DNA from: the human T2T-CHM13v2.0 reference genome, Homo sapiens
Length of the DNA stretch: 64,000 nt
Reading direction: 5' to 3' (one strand)
Assembly (NCBI RefSeq): GCF_009914755.1
Contig: NC_060947.1
The translations under genes and the position numbers were made by a program. The notes below the pieces were generated by a model. The model made no database searches and was not told where the DNA came from. It saw nothing but the letters and a program-made list of their open reading frames with translations. Positions within the stretch are counted from its first letter, which is position 1. Every line of letters starts with the position of its first letter. This document shows positions 1-16,751 of this stretch, in pieces.

Positions 1-136
1 ATAGAACTACAAATAGGATCATTTCATATGCAAATAAGGACAATTTTATTTCTTCTCCAATCTCATTGTCTTTAATTTTTTTTCCTTATTTACTGCCTAG
101 AACTCCTAGTACAGCGTTGACTAGAAGTGGTGAGAA

Positions 137-481
<345 letters not shown>

Positions 482-855
482 TTATTCCCATCTTCTGGAG
501 AAAGTAAAGCATTAAGTCTTTCTCCATTAAGAATGACGTTAGTTATAGGTTTTTGTTATTGTTGTCTTATAGGTTTCTTTTGTTAGATTAAGTAAGTTCT
601 TTTTCATTCTCACTTTTAGGAGAGTTTTAAAGCCTTGAATGGGTTTTCAGTTTAGTCAAATGCTATTTTTATGTCCATCGAGGTGATAATATATATATTT
701 TAAATGTAATATATTGAACTGCATTGATTGAATTTTGAGTTATGAAACAGGCCTACATTTTATGATAAACCCTACTTTCTCATGATATAATTTATCCAAT
801 TTGCATATTGTTGGATTAGATTTCCTAATATTTTGTTAAGAATTGTTGCATTTGA

Positions 856-1287
856 GTCAACTTAGGTACCCAAATGGTTGGCTAGATAAAATGTGGTATA
901 TTTATATCATGTAATACTATACAGCCATAAAAAATGAAACCATGTCCTTTGCAGCAACATGGATATAGCTGGAGACCTTTATCCTAAGCATATTAATGCA
1001 GGAACGGAAAAGCAAATACCCCATGTTCTCCCTTATTCATGAGAACTAAACATGAGTACACATGTTCACATAAATGTCTAATGTGAACAATAGACACCAG
1101 GGCCTACTCAAGAGAGGGTGGTGGAAGGAGGGTGAAGATCAAAAAACTACCTATTGGGTACTATGCTCACTACCTGGGTGATTAAATAATTTGTACACCA
1201 AACCCCAGTGACACAGAATTTACCCATGTAACAAAACTGCACATGTATACCTTGAAACCAAAATAAAAGTTGAAAAAAAAAAAAAAA
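856..1287 (+). mobile_element. 5'-truncated L1 3' end (L1PA15-17/L1PB-like)
   Basis: L1 3'UTR ending aaaataaaagttg plus poly(A); TSD attgttgcattt at 842-853 and 1298-1309. Confidence 0.9.
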
Positions 1288-1463
1288 CCACCCATGGATT
1301 GTTGCATTTATCTTCATGAGGAAGATTGGAATGTGATTTCCTTTTCTTATAATGTCTTTATGAGGTTTTAGTATCACGGTGTTTATGGCCACATTAAAAT
1401 GAGTAGGACAGTAAGTAATACCTCTTCAGTTTTCTGTAATGATTTTTTTAGAATCCATATTTT

Positions 1464-1767
1464 ATTTTATTTTATTTTTTTGAGACGGAGTCTTGCTTTG
1501 TTGCCCAAGCTGGAGTGCAGTGGCGTGATCTCGGCTCACTGCAACCTCTGCCGCCTCGTTTCAAGCGATTCTCCCTGCCTCAGTCTCCCAAGTAGCTGGG
1601 ATTGCTGGTGTGCGCCACCACATCCAGCTAATTTTTTTTGTATGTTTAGTAGAGATGGGGTTTCACCATGTTGGCCAGGCTGGTCTGGAACTCCTGACCT
1701 CAGATCATCCGCCCACCTCGACCTCCCAAAGTGCTGGGATTACAGGTGTGAGCCACTGCATCCGGCC
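1464..1767 (-). mobile_element. AluS
   Basis: Full dimer; TSD tagaatccatatttt at 1449-1463 and 1768-1782. Confidence 0.95.
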
Positions 1768-1921
1768 TAGAATCCATATTTTTTAATCCTTGAATGTTTT
1801 GGTAGAATTCACTTGTGAATTTATCAGTGAAACAGCTTGGTCTGTTGTTTTCCTTATGGAAGTTTTAAAATTACTAATTCTATGTCATTAATGGATATAT
1901 GAATATTCAGGTTATATGTAG

Positions 1922-2414
<493 letters not shown>

Positions 2415-2454
2415 AGGTTATATATTTTTTGAACGAGCTTTGGTAGTTTGTATC

Positions 2455-2793
2455 TTTTTTTTTTTTTTTTTTTTTGGAGACAGGGTCTCACTCTCTTGCT
2501 CAGACTGGAGTGCAGTGGCACGATCTCGGCTCACCAGCACCCTCCACCTGGAGCGATCTTGGCTTACTGGCACCCTCCACCTCCCAGGCTCAAATGATTC
2601 TCCTACCTCAGCCTCCCGAGTACCTGGGATTACAAGTGCACACCATTACCACCCAGCTAATTTTTGTATTTTTAGTAGAGACAGAGTTTTGCTATGTTGA
2701 CCAGGCTGGTCTTGAACTCCTGACCTCAAATGATCTACCTGCCTCGGCCTCCCAAAGTGCTGGGATTACAGGTGTGAGCCACCGCACCCGGCC
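2455..2793 (-). mobile_element. AluS with internal ~30-bp tandem duplication
   Basis: TSD ctttggtagtttgtatctt at 2438-2456 and 2802-2820; duplicated segment 2521-2549 / 2554-2582. Confidence 0.95.
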
Positions 2794-3787
2794 TCTATAT
2801 TCTTTGGTAGTTTGTATCTTAAGGAATTAAAAGATAAAAGGTGGATAAGAAAAGATTACTAAGGAAGTTATTTCATCGATTTTTGGTTTGGTGTTTATTA
2901 TTTTCTTATTTTCTGCTTGCTTTTTGTTTAATTTGTTCTTTTTCTAGTTTCTTAACTCCAAGTCACTGAATTGAGGTTTTTCTTTTTCAAATTGGCATTT
3001 TGTGCTGTTTTTTTCTACATACGTTTTTTGGTGTCACCCCACATATTCTGACATTTTCATTTTGATTCTGTTCAATATACTTTCTGATTTCCCTCTTGAT
3101 TTCTTTTTGGTCCTGGAATGTGCTATTTAGTTTATGTATATTTAGGGATATTTCAGAGATGTTTCTGTGACTGTTACCTATTTTAATTCTCATATGGTCA
3201 AAGAATATACTTTGTATGAATTACATTTTTTAAAAATTGGTTCAAGATTGTTTTATGACCCAGAATGTGGTATGTCTTGGTAAATGTTCAGTGTCTTCTT
3301 TAAAAAATGTGTGTTCTGCCATTGTTGACTGAAGAGTTATAAAATATCAGCTAGGTCAAGTAAGTCATTTGAGTTTTCAAGTCTTTTATATCCTTAGTGA
3401 TTTTTCTATCCACTTCTGTCATTTATGGAGAAAGATATATTGAAGTCTTTCAATCTAATTGTGAATTAGTCTGTTTTTCCTTGAAATTCTAGTAATTCTT
3501 GCTTAATTTATTTTGAAGCTCTGCATAGACTTTTAACACTGTTAAGTCTATCTTAACTTCTTTGTCATTATGAAATGGTCTTCATCCATGGTAGTATTCT
3601 TTGTTCAGAAATCTGCTTTGTCTGCCCAAGGGGTCTTTGGTCTGTAGGAAATTAACCCATGAAGGAAAGAAAACTTGGAAAAATAATTTAAAAAATGATT
3701 GTTTTTTAAACATAAATCATTTTTAAATTATTGATTCCAAGGGATTGCTGATAATAAATTTGTTCAGGCTGTGTTAAGACTTGCATC

Positions 3788-4090
3788 TTTTTTTTTTTTT
3801 TTTTTTTTTGAGACAGAGTTTCGCTCTTACTACCCAGGCTGGAGTGCAATGGCGCATCTCGGCTCACTGCAACCTCCGCCTCCTGGGCTCAAGTGATTCT
3901 CCTGCCTCAGCCTCCTGAGTAGCAGGGATTACAGGCATGTGCCACCACACCTGGCTAATTTTGTATTTTTAGTAGAGACGAGGTTTCTCCATGTTGGTCA
4001 GGCTGGTCTCAAACTTCCGACCTCAGGTGATCCACCCACCTCGGCCTCCCAAAGTGCTGGGATTACAGGTGGGAGCCACCGTGCCCGGCC
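3788..4090 (-). mobile_element. AluSp/Sq
   Basis: gagtttcgctctt and ggtttctccatgttggtcagg diagnostics; TSD ttgcatc. Confidence 0.95.
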
Positions 4091-4347
4091 ATTGCATCAA
4101 TTTTTTAGTAATAGATGATGAAGGCGAGTGCTAAAACTGTGAAGACTTAGAACATTTTAATATTTCTGAAAATTAACTTTTTTCAGTTTTGAAAATTACA
4201 GCTTCTAAATAAAATACTGAATTTTTAAAAACAAAATTAGATTTAAATATATAATGTTTAAAGATAAAAAGTTTTATGATAAAATATGCCACAAACAATT
4301 CGAAAGATACCTAACTTGCTTTGTGTATAAAAGGTAAATAAAGGCTT

Positions 4348-4625
<278 letters not shown>

Positions 4626-5519
4626 CTATTTATGCCATTTCAAGGAATTAGTAAGAAAAATCGTAGATTAATGGGTAAAATAAATGAATAGTTAATTCAA
4701 TGGCAGTGCTTATCCAATCAATAAAAGACATAAAAATGATACTGAAGTAAATGCAAATTTGTAGTGTTAGTACAAGATCCTTTCTCATCTACTTTATTGG
4801 GATAAAATTAACTGGATACAACTACTGTTGGCAGTGATGGGGAAAGGTTACTTTTATATATTGCTTGTGGGAACTGTGAATTTTCACTTTCTTTTTTGGA
4901 TAGGTAGTGCTTTGGCCTCATCAGGGAGCTCCTGCTTTAAGCACCTCTTCATGCTTTGAGGCCACATTTGTTACTCAGACTTTACAACAGTGGCTTTGAG
5001 TTCTGCCCTGTTTCTGGTACCTGAGGAATTTCTTCTCATCCTTTTGGTATTTCTTATGTATTTTTATTGTTTTGTTTTGTTTTATTCAGCATTTCTACTT
5101 TCTGTTGCTTTGGGTGAGGTTTTCTATAGCACTTAAGTTCACCATGACGACTGGAGCACATCACAATTTTTTTTATAACCAGACAAGTTGTCCTGCAAAT
5201 ATTAAGGAGACTGGCAGATGTTATCAAATATAAAATAACTATTGGGATTAACATCTATAAACCCTTCTTGATCAAGGTATTTAACAGTCAATTATAGTTA
5301 ACCAAGAAGTAAACAAAAATAACACTGGAATAGAAGAAATGTGACAGTGGGCTGGTGCTATTCATTGAATCCATGTAAGTATTGAACTAGAAGAGCAACT
5401 GAGGGAATTAAGATTGCATAATAAAATGTTTTTCTGAAAGGTGTAGGAATAATTATTGAGTGCTAATCTTATCATGGTATGGTGCCAATACTTACTCTAA
5501 AGTTACTATGTGGTAAAAC

Positions 5520-5655
5520 ATTTTATATATATATTATATGTGTATAATATATATAATTTATGCATATAAATATATTTTATTCAATTATTTTTATTTTATT
5601 AATTTTATTTTATATGTAAATATATATTCATTTATATACATAAATAAATACAAAA
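5520..5655. repeat. AT-rich low-complexity / (TA)n-like tract
   Basis: Almost exclusively A/T with TA periodicity. Confidence 0.8.
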
Positions 5656-6054
5656 TGTTTTACCCTATTTTTTATTAAAAAGTTTTTTCAGTGGTCCTTT
5701 TTTAGGTAGTTATATTTCTTGTGAAATAACATTTATCTGAACATTAGTAACTCCTTCACTGTCATTTTGCTCTCATTTTCCTGTCTTTATAGCAAGTAAA
5801 ATTAAATGGAGTAATTTGAAATAAATTATATAATAAATGGCATTAAAATAACCCCATTTTAAAATATTGAGGTATAATTTACATACATTAAAATGCATCA
5901 TAGGTGTTCCATTTGACAAAATAGATCACATTTTCTTTACTCCTGAAAATTTCCTTGTGCTCCTTTCCAGTCAGTTCTCCTCTTCCCAGTAGCCACTTTG
6001 TGGTATAATCCCAGGTTCCCAGGTTAATGAAATTATTTCTAACTGTGTTTTTAA

Positions 6055-6480
<426 letters not shown>

Positions 6481-7279
6481 TTTTTTGTATTATTTGATTT
6501 TTTATTTTAGGTAGTAAGTCTTAGGTTAAAAAAATCAAAACCTGATTATTAATTAAATAAGAAAAGAATATTTTTTAAAAAGGCAAATGCTTCAAAGCAA
6601 AACTGTCTTCCATCCTAGGAAAGGTATGAACCAGAAAAGAGCAGGTTCAAAGAGAAAAAGGGTATGAAGTGTTTCTTAGATTAGTGTTTGTCATAATTTT
6701 GAGAGCTGATGATACTAATCCCTGAAATAGAGTAAGGAAAATTGAAAAAAATAAAAGAAAAAAAGAGCTTTGTAGTTATATGGAGTTGGTACCTTTCTGT
6801 TTGTTATTATATATGAAATATTGTAAATTTCTGGCACCACCAATCATAACATTTAAGTGTATTCCAGAGCTGAATATAAATTATTCTATTTTTCAAGTTA
6901 ATATATAGTGTTGTCAGTATATGTTGAATGAAATTGCCCCTTAAGTTTTCATTTACATCTTATATTTATCTGGTTTTACTAATTAATTTATTCTGCATTT
7001 TTACTGAGTGTAGCCTCAGTAAAAACCCTAATGTGGGTAGGCACTGAAATTGTTATTTGAATAACACATCCCTGTTTGCAGTGTGATATGAAGAAGGGGA
7101 ACAGAGGTTCAAAAAAACAGAGAAAGCAAATAGAAAATAAGTAAATGGGAGTCTTAAGCAACTATATTGTTAATGGGCTAAACACTTCAATTAAAAGTCA
7201 GAGATTATCAGAATGGATTAAAAAGCAAGACCCATTTATATGCTATCAACATGAAATTTACTTAAAATATAAAAGTACA

Positions 7280-7591
7280 GGCTGGGCACGGTAGCTCACG
7301 CCTGAAATCCTAGCACTTTGGGAGGCTGAGGTGGGTGGATCACCTGAGGTCAGGAGTTAGAGACCAGCCTGGCCAACATGGCAAAACCCCATCTCTACTA
7401 AAAATACAAAAAATCGCCAGGCATGGTGGCGGGTGCCTGTAATCCTAGCTACTTGGGAGGCTGAAGCAGGAGAATTGCTTGAACCCGAGGGGCAGAGGCT
7501 GCAGTGAGCCAAGATTGCGATTGCGCCACTTTACTCCAGCCTTGGCAAAAGAGTGAAAATCCGTCTCAAAAAAAAAAAAAAAAAAAAAAAA
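7280..7591 (+). mobile_element. AluS (minor variant)
   Basis: Full dimer with long A tail. Confidence 0.95.
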
Positions 7592-7787
7592 GAAACCCTT
7601 GAAGGTACAGATAAGCTGGGGGTGGGGTAGTGCTATTAATACATACAAAATAGACCATAAGACAGAGTATTATCAGAAATAAAGAGGGATTTTTCATAAT
7701 GTTAAAAGTATCAATTCATCAGAAAGCGGTAGCAATCATAAATTTATATATGATTATAAACATATTTTTATTAAAAATATATAAAGT

Positions 7788-8087
7788 GGCTGGGCGCGGT
7801 GTCTCACGCCTGAAATCCCAGCACTTTGGGAGGCTGAGGCGGGGGTGGATCACCTGAGGTCAGGAGTTCAAGACCAGCCTGGCCAACATGGCGAAACCCG
7901 GTCTCTACTAAAAATACAAAAGTTAGCTGAGTGTGGTGGTGGGCGCCTATAATCCTAGCTACTTGGGAGGCCAAGGCAGGAGAATTGCCTGAACCTGGGG
8001 GACGGAGGTTGCAGTGAGCTGAGATTGCCCCACTTCACTTCAGCCTGGGCAAAATGGTGAAACTCTATCTCAAAAAAAAAAAAAAAA
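7788..8087 (+). mobile_element. AluS (same minor variant as 7280-7591)
   Basis: Full dimer; TSD-like aaaa(a/g)tatata(a/t)ag. Confidence 0.95.
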
Positions 8088-8367
8088 GTATATATAGCAA
8101 AAATCGACAAAATTAAGAGGTAAAAGATACTTTTACAATTAGTGCTGAAGATTTTTACCACCCTACTCTGACCAATTGATAGAATTTCTAGCAAAAAAAC
8201 AAAATTAGTAAAGACATAGATGATCTGAGGAATACTACAAACCACCTCAATATAATTGATAAGTATTGAACACTACTTCCCCGAATTGTGAAGAAGATAT
8301 TCTTATCAATTGTACATCATATATTCAACATAGACCAAATGGTGGACCATGAAATATGCCTTGATAA

Positions 8368-8703
<336 letters not shown>

Positions 8704-9404
8704 TGATTGAAATTTATATATGTTCTGTCACCACAATGGAAGTAAAATTAAAATAGAAATTATTAAAATATCTAGGAATGATCCAAATATTTGGAAATTA
8801 GACAACACAAGTTTAAATGATCATGAGTCAAAGGGAAATCACAATTAGAAGACATTTTTAATCGAATGGTAATGATAATATAATGTCAAAATTCATGGAA
8901 TGTAGCTAAAGCAGTGCTTGGAGGGCAAATTATAGTTTAAATGCTTTTATTATAAAGGAAGAAAAGTCTAAATGTCAGTAACCAAAGTTTCTACCTTAGG
9001 AAGCTAGAACAAGAACAGCAAAGTAAACCTGGAGTAAGTACAAGTAAGGAAACAATAGAGTAGGAATCAATGATGTGGAAAACAGATAATAGAGAAACTT
9101 TAAAAAGCCAAAATCTGGTTCTTTGGTAAGATCAACAACAGTAATAAACCCTTATCTTCAGTGAACAAGAAATTGACAATGCGACATGTTGTAATAGTAA
9201 AGGAATAAAGTACATAGTGTGGAACACAGAGGCTGATCTGAATTTGGTTTTCAAAGGTGGTTTCAGAGAGGTGGTAAAATTTGTGTTTGGCTTTCAAGAA
9301 TTAGTGTAAGTTTTTCCTGATACAGATTGGGAAAAAGAATATTCTGAGAGGAAATAAGAGCAAAATAATTTTATTTTTCAGGCTTTTGGCATATTTAGAA
9401 CCGT

Positions 9405-9688
9405 ATTTTTATTTTTTTGAGACAGAGTCTTGCTGGAGTCCATCGGTGCAATCTCGGCTCACTGTAACCTCTGCCTACTGGTTCAAGCAGTTCTGGTGCC
9501 TGAGCCTCCCAAGTAGCTGGGATTACAGGCATGTGCCACCACTAGCCCCAGCTAATTTTTAAATTTTTAGTAGAGATGGATTTCTTCATGTTGGCCAGGC
9601 TGGTCTCGAACTCCAAGTCTCAAGTGATCCACACGCCTTGGCCCCCCAAAGTGCTAGGATTACTGGCGCGACCCCACAGCACCTGGCC
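9405..9688 (-). mobile_element. AluS
   Basis: Dimer with small right-arm deletion; TSD tagaa(cc/tg)gtat. Confidence 0.92.
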
Positions 9689-10419
9689 TAGAATGGTATA
9701 TTGACTTTATCTGTGGCATATGGGTTATGTTAGGTGGAGAGCAGTAGGTGATGCAATAGGAAAAGCAGTTTGAGTCTAGAGTGTACAGAACCTAGAGTAC
9801 CTTCCTTGATAACTTGGACTTTATTCTGTGTAAAATAGCAAGCTTAGCGTCTAAAGTTTTTAAAGGAGTTTTTTAAATGAAATATTTCAAACAGAAAATA
9901 CATAGAATGACATACTGAACACTTATTACCGCTACCCTGCTTTAACAAATCTTATACCTTACTATATTTGTTTCAGATTTTAAGAAATTAATACATCATA
10001 GATACAATTGAAGCTTTGTACCTTTCCATCTCATACCACCATGAAGTTCTATTCTGAAGTCATATATCCTTACCATGCATTTTTAAAATACTTTTACTGT
10101 ATAGCTATATACTAATAAAAAGGTGGCATTCTCCATGTTATTAAAGTTTCTTAAAAATGCTATCTATATTTTACTTATTCTGCAACTTGTTTTTCTCACT
10201 TATTATTATTTTTGACTTATGGGATATTCCGGAAGTTTGGACTGGTGTAACCACAGTAGTTATTTACGGCCAGTGTCCTTTCTTCTTTCTTTTTTGAGTT
10301 AACCAGGATACATTTATTAAATATATCCAGGATAAATATTCCCAAAAACAAATATTTGGTAAATATGGCAAACTTATTCTTTGGCAAATTAGCTTTTAGC
10401 ATGTTGGACTGCTTTCCAT

Positions 10420-10500
10420 CCCTATTAGGAGTATTATAAGGATTAAATGAAGTATTACCAACAAAAAGGTACTTAGCAAAATTCTCAGTAAACATTGGTT
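10420..10500 (+). mobile_element. MIR fragment
   Basis: 'ataaggattaaatgaag...aaggtacttagca' resembles the MIR core. Confidence 0.5.
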
Positions 10501-10539
10501 ATAATCCCTCCAACATTCAGACTTAAGTTCTGCCTATTC

Positions 10540-11212
10540 TCTTTCCTCAGTATTCTTTATTCCTGTCCATATAACCATTGTCCTTTTGTAGGCCTTCACT
10601 ACCTTAATGTGGACTATAGCAATAGTCACTTGATTGGTCTCTTGGCTTGTTCCCCTCCAATCTTGTTCTCTACACTACTGCAAGGGTGATCTGTCTACCA
10701 CATAGATTTTGAATTATCATCTACAGTAGTAAAACAGTTTTCATGGCATACAAGCTTCAATAATTTAGTCTAGATATTCCGCTTGATCTCTTTTCACCTC
10801 TTTTCCATTTATCTTCTAGCACCACTGCAGTGCTTGTAGTTCCTTAAATATGCTATTCTTTTTGAAAAAGCAGCAAATCTCTGTGCAGTTGCCTTTCTAA
10901 CTGGAATATCTTCCCCCTTCTTGTGTTCTCACAAAATTCTTATTCATCTTTCAAGTTCTAGCTCAAATGCCACTTCCTTGTAAAGGTTTTCCTGATTTCC
11001 TTAAGCAGATTTGGGTTACGTTTCTAGGGTTCTGCTGCTCTTTGTACATGCTTCTATTATAATGCTTATATATATTATTGTAGTTGTTTTTTAATTTTGT
11101 CTGTCATTCTAATAGACTGTAATCTCCTTGCAGGAGGAGATCTGTCTTTTCATCATTTATATAATAATGACTATTGTACCTAGAATATAAGTCATTGACA
11201 TTTGTTGAATTA
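10540..11212 (+). mobile_element. L2 3' region fragment
   Basis: 'tggactatagcaatagtc', 'ctagctcaaatgccacttcct', 'tagactgtaatctccttg', ending 'atttgttgaat' are L2 3' hallmarks. Confidence 0.7.
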
Positions 11213-11626
11213 AAAAAATTCAGAAATCTATTTACAGCCCTCTCTACTGCCTTCCCATGACACCTCCATTTTACAGATCATTAAGCTGAAGCCCAATGAA
11301 ATGAAGCTATTTAGTGAGAACTCATGCCTCCTAACTCCAGATCTATTACTTTTATTCTTATATTGTAGAGAATATTCTGTTTAGCATGTATATACTAGTT
11401 ATTTATATTATAAGAAACAGTCTTGTCAGTATTCTTCCTTTCATCTCTAGGGAATAGGTAGAAGGGTATAGTGATTTTATGAGATTTGTGTTTTTTTTTC
11501 CTGTTTCAATCATTCAGATGCTTTTGTTTTCTAGCAAATTCAGCAAAATTCAAGGTTTTCTTCATGTCATTCCTTTTCTTTACCCTCACAGAACTCAGGT
11601 AGGATTGAATGTCTGATGCATTTAGT

Positions 11627-11697
11627 CCAGTTGTCCTCAACCAGGGGTGGTTTTGGCCCCCTAGAGGGCTTTTGGCAAGATGTTTAGAGGCAGTTTT
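11627..11697. mobile_element. MER20 (hAT-Charlie) fragment
   Basis: 'cagttgtcctcaaccaggggtggttttggcccc...ttttggcaa' resembles a MER20 terminus. Confidence 0.6.
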
Positions 11698-11850
11698 TTA
11701 AATTGATACATAATATTTACCCATATTTATGGGGCACATGTGATATTTTGATACATACATACCATGTGTAATTGGTTTATCTGTCACCTCAAACATTTAT
11801 CATTTCTTTGTATTGGTAACATTCTACATCTTTTAGCTATTTTGAAATAT
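11695..11850 (-). mobile_element. L1MA 3' end fragment
   Basis: 'catatttatggggcacatgtgatattttgatac...tcacctcaaacatttatcatttctttg'. Confidence 0.75.
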
Positions 11851-12352
11851 ACTTTCTGTGGGTGCTTCCTAAGCACCCTTACTTATAACCTTATAACCAC
11901 AGTACATTTGTCAACCTCATAAATTTACACTGATATCATACTTTTGTCTAAACTACCTTCCATGTTTTATAAAAATGTTTTCTTAATAGCATTTTTAACC
12001 TCTTCAATACTGGATCCAGTCTAGAAGCAGGTATTACATTTGGTTGTCATGTATTTTTAGCCTTCTGTCATCTATGGTGTTTCCACAGCCTTGTAAAACT
12101 GTAGTACACTATCCCAACCAGACTATTCACACTGTTACAGTCTAGATACAGAATGGTTTCATGATAAGGTAGTGAGACATTTTAAGATATATTCCCTGTG
12201 GATTTGGCATTCATTGATTACCCTTTTCCTTGCTCATTCTTTACCTTGGTTACTTTGCAACTGTAGTACTCCTGCTAGATTTACTAGTCAGGCCTTAGCA
12301 AAATACTGTAAGCACAAGACCTCCCTTCTCCCTTATTTGTTTAGTACCATGA

Positions 12353-12582
<230 letters not shown>

Positions 12583-13864
12583 GTAGGAGAAATAGACTTC
12601 ACTAAAATATTACAGCCAATTAGTAAAAATAAGACAGTAAATAGTAACACCTTGTCCTGGAGTGATAGTAGCCAGTATTGCTACCATATATTACTGACAA
12701 TGTTTAATTTTCAACAACAAAAATAATTGAGAGATAAAGAGAAGTAAGAAAACGTGACCTTATGGGGAAGAAGACTGGCAAAACATCTCAACTTTGAAGG
12801 CATAAGATGTGTTACTAAGCAGACAAATATTTCAAATTGGCCATTATAAATATCTTAAAAGAACTAGAGGACACCATACCTCAGGAGGCAATGATATAAT
12901 TACAATAATTTTGCAACTAGAGAATATAAATAAATAGGTAAGAATTATAGAAAAGAACCATATGGAAATCTGGAGTTGTAAAGTATAATAACAGAAATTA
13001 CAATTCATTAGAGAGGTTTAATACTAGATTTTAACTGGTAGAATAAACAATCATTGAATTTGAAGATAGATTGATAGAAATCACCCAGTTTAAAAAATAC
13101 AGAATAAAGAAGTAAGTAAAATGCAGTTTCAGAGAAATGGCAGAAGCCATTGAGAATACCAACATATGTGCAGTGGTAGTGCCAGAACATAAGGACAACG
13201 AGCTGAGAGAAAAAATATTTAAAGAAATAATACCTGAAAATTTTCTATATTATGAAAAAAAAATCCAAGAAGTGTAAAGAATTTGAAGTATAATAATTGC
13301 AAATATATTCCCCCTTAGACACATCAAAGTAAAATTATGAAAGTAAAAAAACATCTTGGAAGCATGAAGAGAATAATGGCTGATATACAAGGAAACTCTA
13401 ATAATACAGTAATAATTAAGGCCACAGTGGAGGTGTATGACATATTAATAGTGTAGAAGAAGTAAATTCAAAATTTTACCTGAAGCACGACTGACATTCT
13501 TAAATCAAAGTAAAGACATTGCTAGATAAACAAAAACTGGGAATGTGTTCTTAGCAGACCCACCTTGTAAGAAAAGCTAGTTTTTGAGAATGAAGAATAC
13601 TGACCCCAAACTGTAATTGAAATTCCTATGAAAAATCAGAGTACCAGTCATAATTATGTAATAATTATAGAGGCTAGTATAAATGCATATTTTTTATGTA
13701 TTAGCTGGCATATATGCCTATACACTGTATACTTATAAATATTCATATATGTGTATTGTGTGCAGTATTTCCATATTTGTATTTGTGAGCTTACAACATA
13801 TAGAAATGAGATCTATTTAATAATATCACAAAGTATGTGGTTGAGAACAAAACTGTTGTAATAA

Positions 13865-14170
<306 letters not shown>

Positions 14171-14380
14171 AGGAAATAATTCTTGATGGTAACTCAGATC
14201 CACAGGGGTAATATAAAAGAACCAGAAATAATAAGAAGGATAATAAAATGCTAAAAAAAAATTTTCTTACCATTCTTCTCTGACCTGATTATATAAAATT
14301 ATATAACTAAGTATATAATTTTGAGGATTTTATTGTATTATAATAATGGCTGAAAAGGGAGAAGTTATAGAGATATATAG

Positions 14381-14702
<322 letters not shown>

Positions 14703-14817
14703 CATATAGAGGTAATATTTCTATATTATACTCATGTTAGTGTAAATATGAAGTCGAGTCCTTTAGGATGTGTAAGAAAAGTCCTAGAGAGATGTCAGTG
14801 ACATAATAGAATTGGAG

Positions 14818-15191
14818 CTGCCTCATATACACTATGGAATACTGTGCAGCCATAAAAAAGGGTGAGTTCATGTCCTTTGTAGGGACATGGATGAAGCTGG
14901 AAACCATCATTCTCAGCAAACTATCGCAAGGACAAAAAATCAAACACCGCATGTTCTCACTCATAGGTGGGAATTGAACAATGAGAACACTTGGACACAG
15001 GGTGGGGAACATCACACACAGGTCTGTCGTGGGGTGGGGGGCTAGGCGAGGGATAGCATTAGGAGATATACCTAATGTAAATGACGAGTTAGTGGGTGCA
15101 GCACACCAACATGGCACATGTATACATATGTAACAAACCTGCACATTGTGCACATGTATCCTAGAACTTAAAGTATAATTTAAAAAAAAAA
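14818..15191 (+). mobile_element. 5'-truncated L1PA (PA4/5-like) 3' end
   Basis: Young L1 3'UTR plus poly(A); TSD agaattggag at 14808-14817 and 15192-15201; 6 extra nt (ctgcct) at the 5' junction. Confidence 0.95.
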
Positions 15192-16235
15192 AGAATTGGA
15201 GGTACCTGTTTTGTCCCTCCTTTCATGGATACACCAAGTAAGTACATGCATGTGGATCAATTCTATCCAAGAGAAAGCCAAAATGTAGTTGAAGGATGCT
15301 CACACACTGGATGACTGAGAAAATATCTACAACAAAATGGGAAGGATAAACTGAGGTATACTGATGGTTAAACCTCACCTTGAGCACAGGCTGGTATAAT
15401 TTGGAAAGAATCCTTAACTCCCACCCTCTTCCTGAGGGGTGACGGGTTGATAGCACACATATAGTGTCCCAGTTCTTACATTCTCTACCAGAAGGCTTGG
15501 CCCTTAAATCCCATTATATGAGGAGCACAAGGACTTGGCACTAGAGTATTTCCTTGAAGAACAGTAGAATGGGTGGGGGGTTGAACTGCAGGAGCACTTC
15601 CAACAGCTGTATCTCCTGGGATCAGTATACCCTCTAGCTTCTCACTGGAAACAGTTTGGCTGCACATTTCTAGCAGCTTCTTGTGTTTGTGTCTTCTATC
15701 ATGCCTGCACCTAGGAGCCCGTGTAGCAAATGAAGCATAAACCTCCTCAAGTGTTAATGGGAGGGATGGCACTCCCTACATCTTCCCTGGATTGCTCTAG
15801 TGATTAATCCAGGTCTATAGTTTCCCTTGAAAGAGATTTGAGGCCTCAGTGAGCAAAAATGGAAGGGTCAAAACCCACCATGCCTTTTCCCAGCTTTCTC
15901 CAGATATGTATAACCTTGTAATCTCTCCCTGGAAGGAGACTGGGAGACAGACCTCTCTTATGCTATATGTGAGGAACTGTACTTCACCTGCCTTCCTATG
16001 TACCAGTCTTGTTCCAACAACATATTGGCCTGGAGATTCTGTGTGAAGTGAGTTTGTGAGACTTCAGGAAGCCTTAAAGGGAGATGAATGTTCTTCGCAA
16101 TTTCTTCTTCAGATTGCTCCAGCAATAAGTCCAGGCTTCCAAATCCTTACTGGCAGGAGGTTGTGTGACTTACTGTGCCTTATTGTGAGATTGGGTACTT
16201 CCCATGCTTTCCTACTTGGCCTGCTCTGGTGATGA

Positions 16236-16751
<516 letters not shown>

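Noticed and set aside
6601-6667. Possible 43-nt purine-rich exon (cctAG…aagg|GTATGA)
   Set aside because: Weak polypyrimidine tract, no recognisable protein and no partner exons
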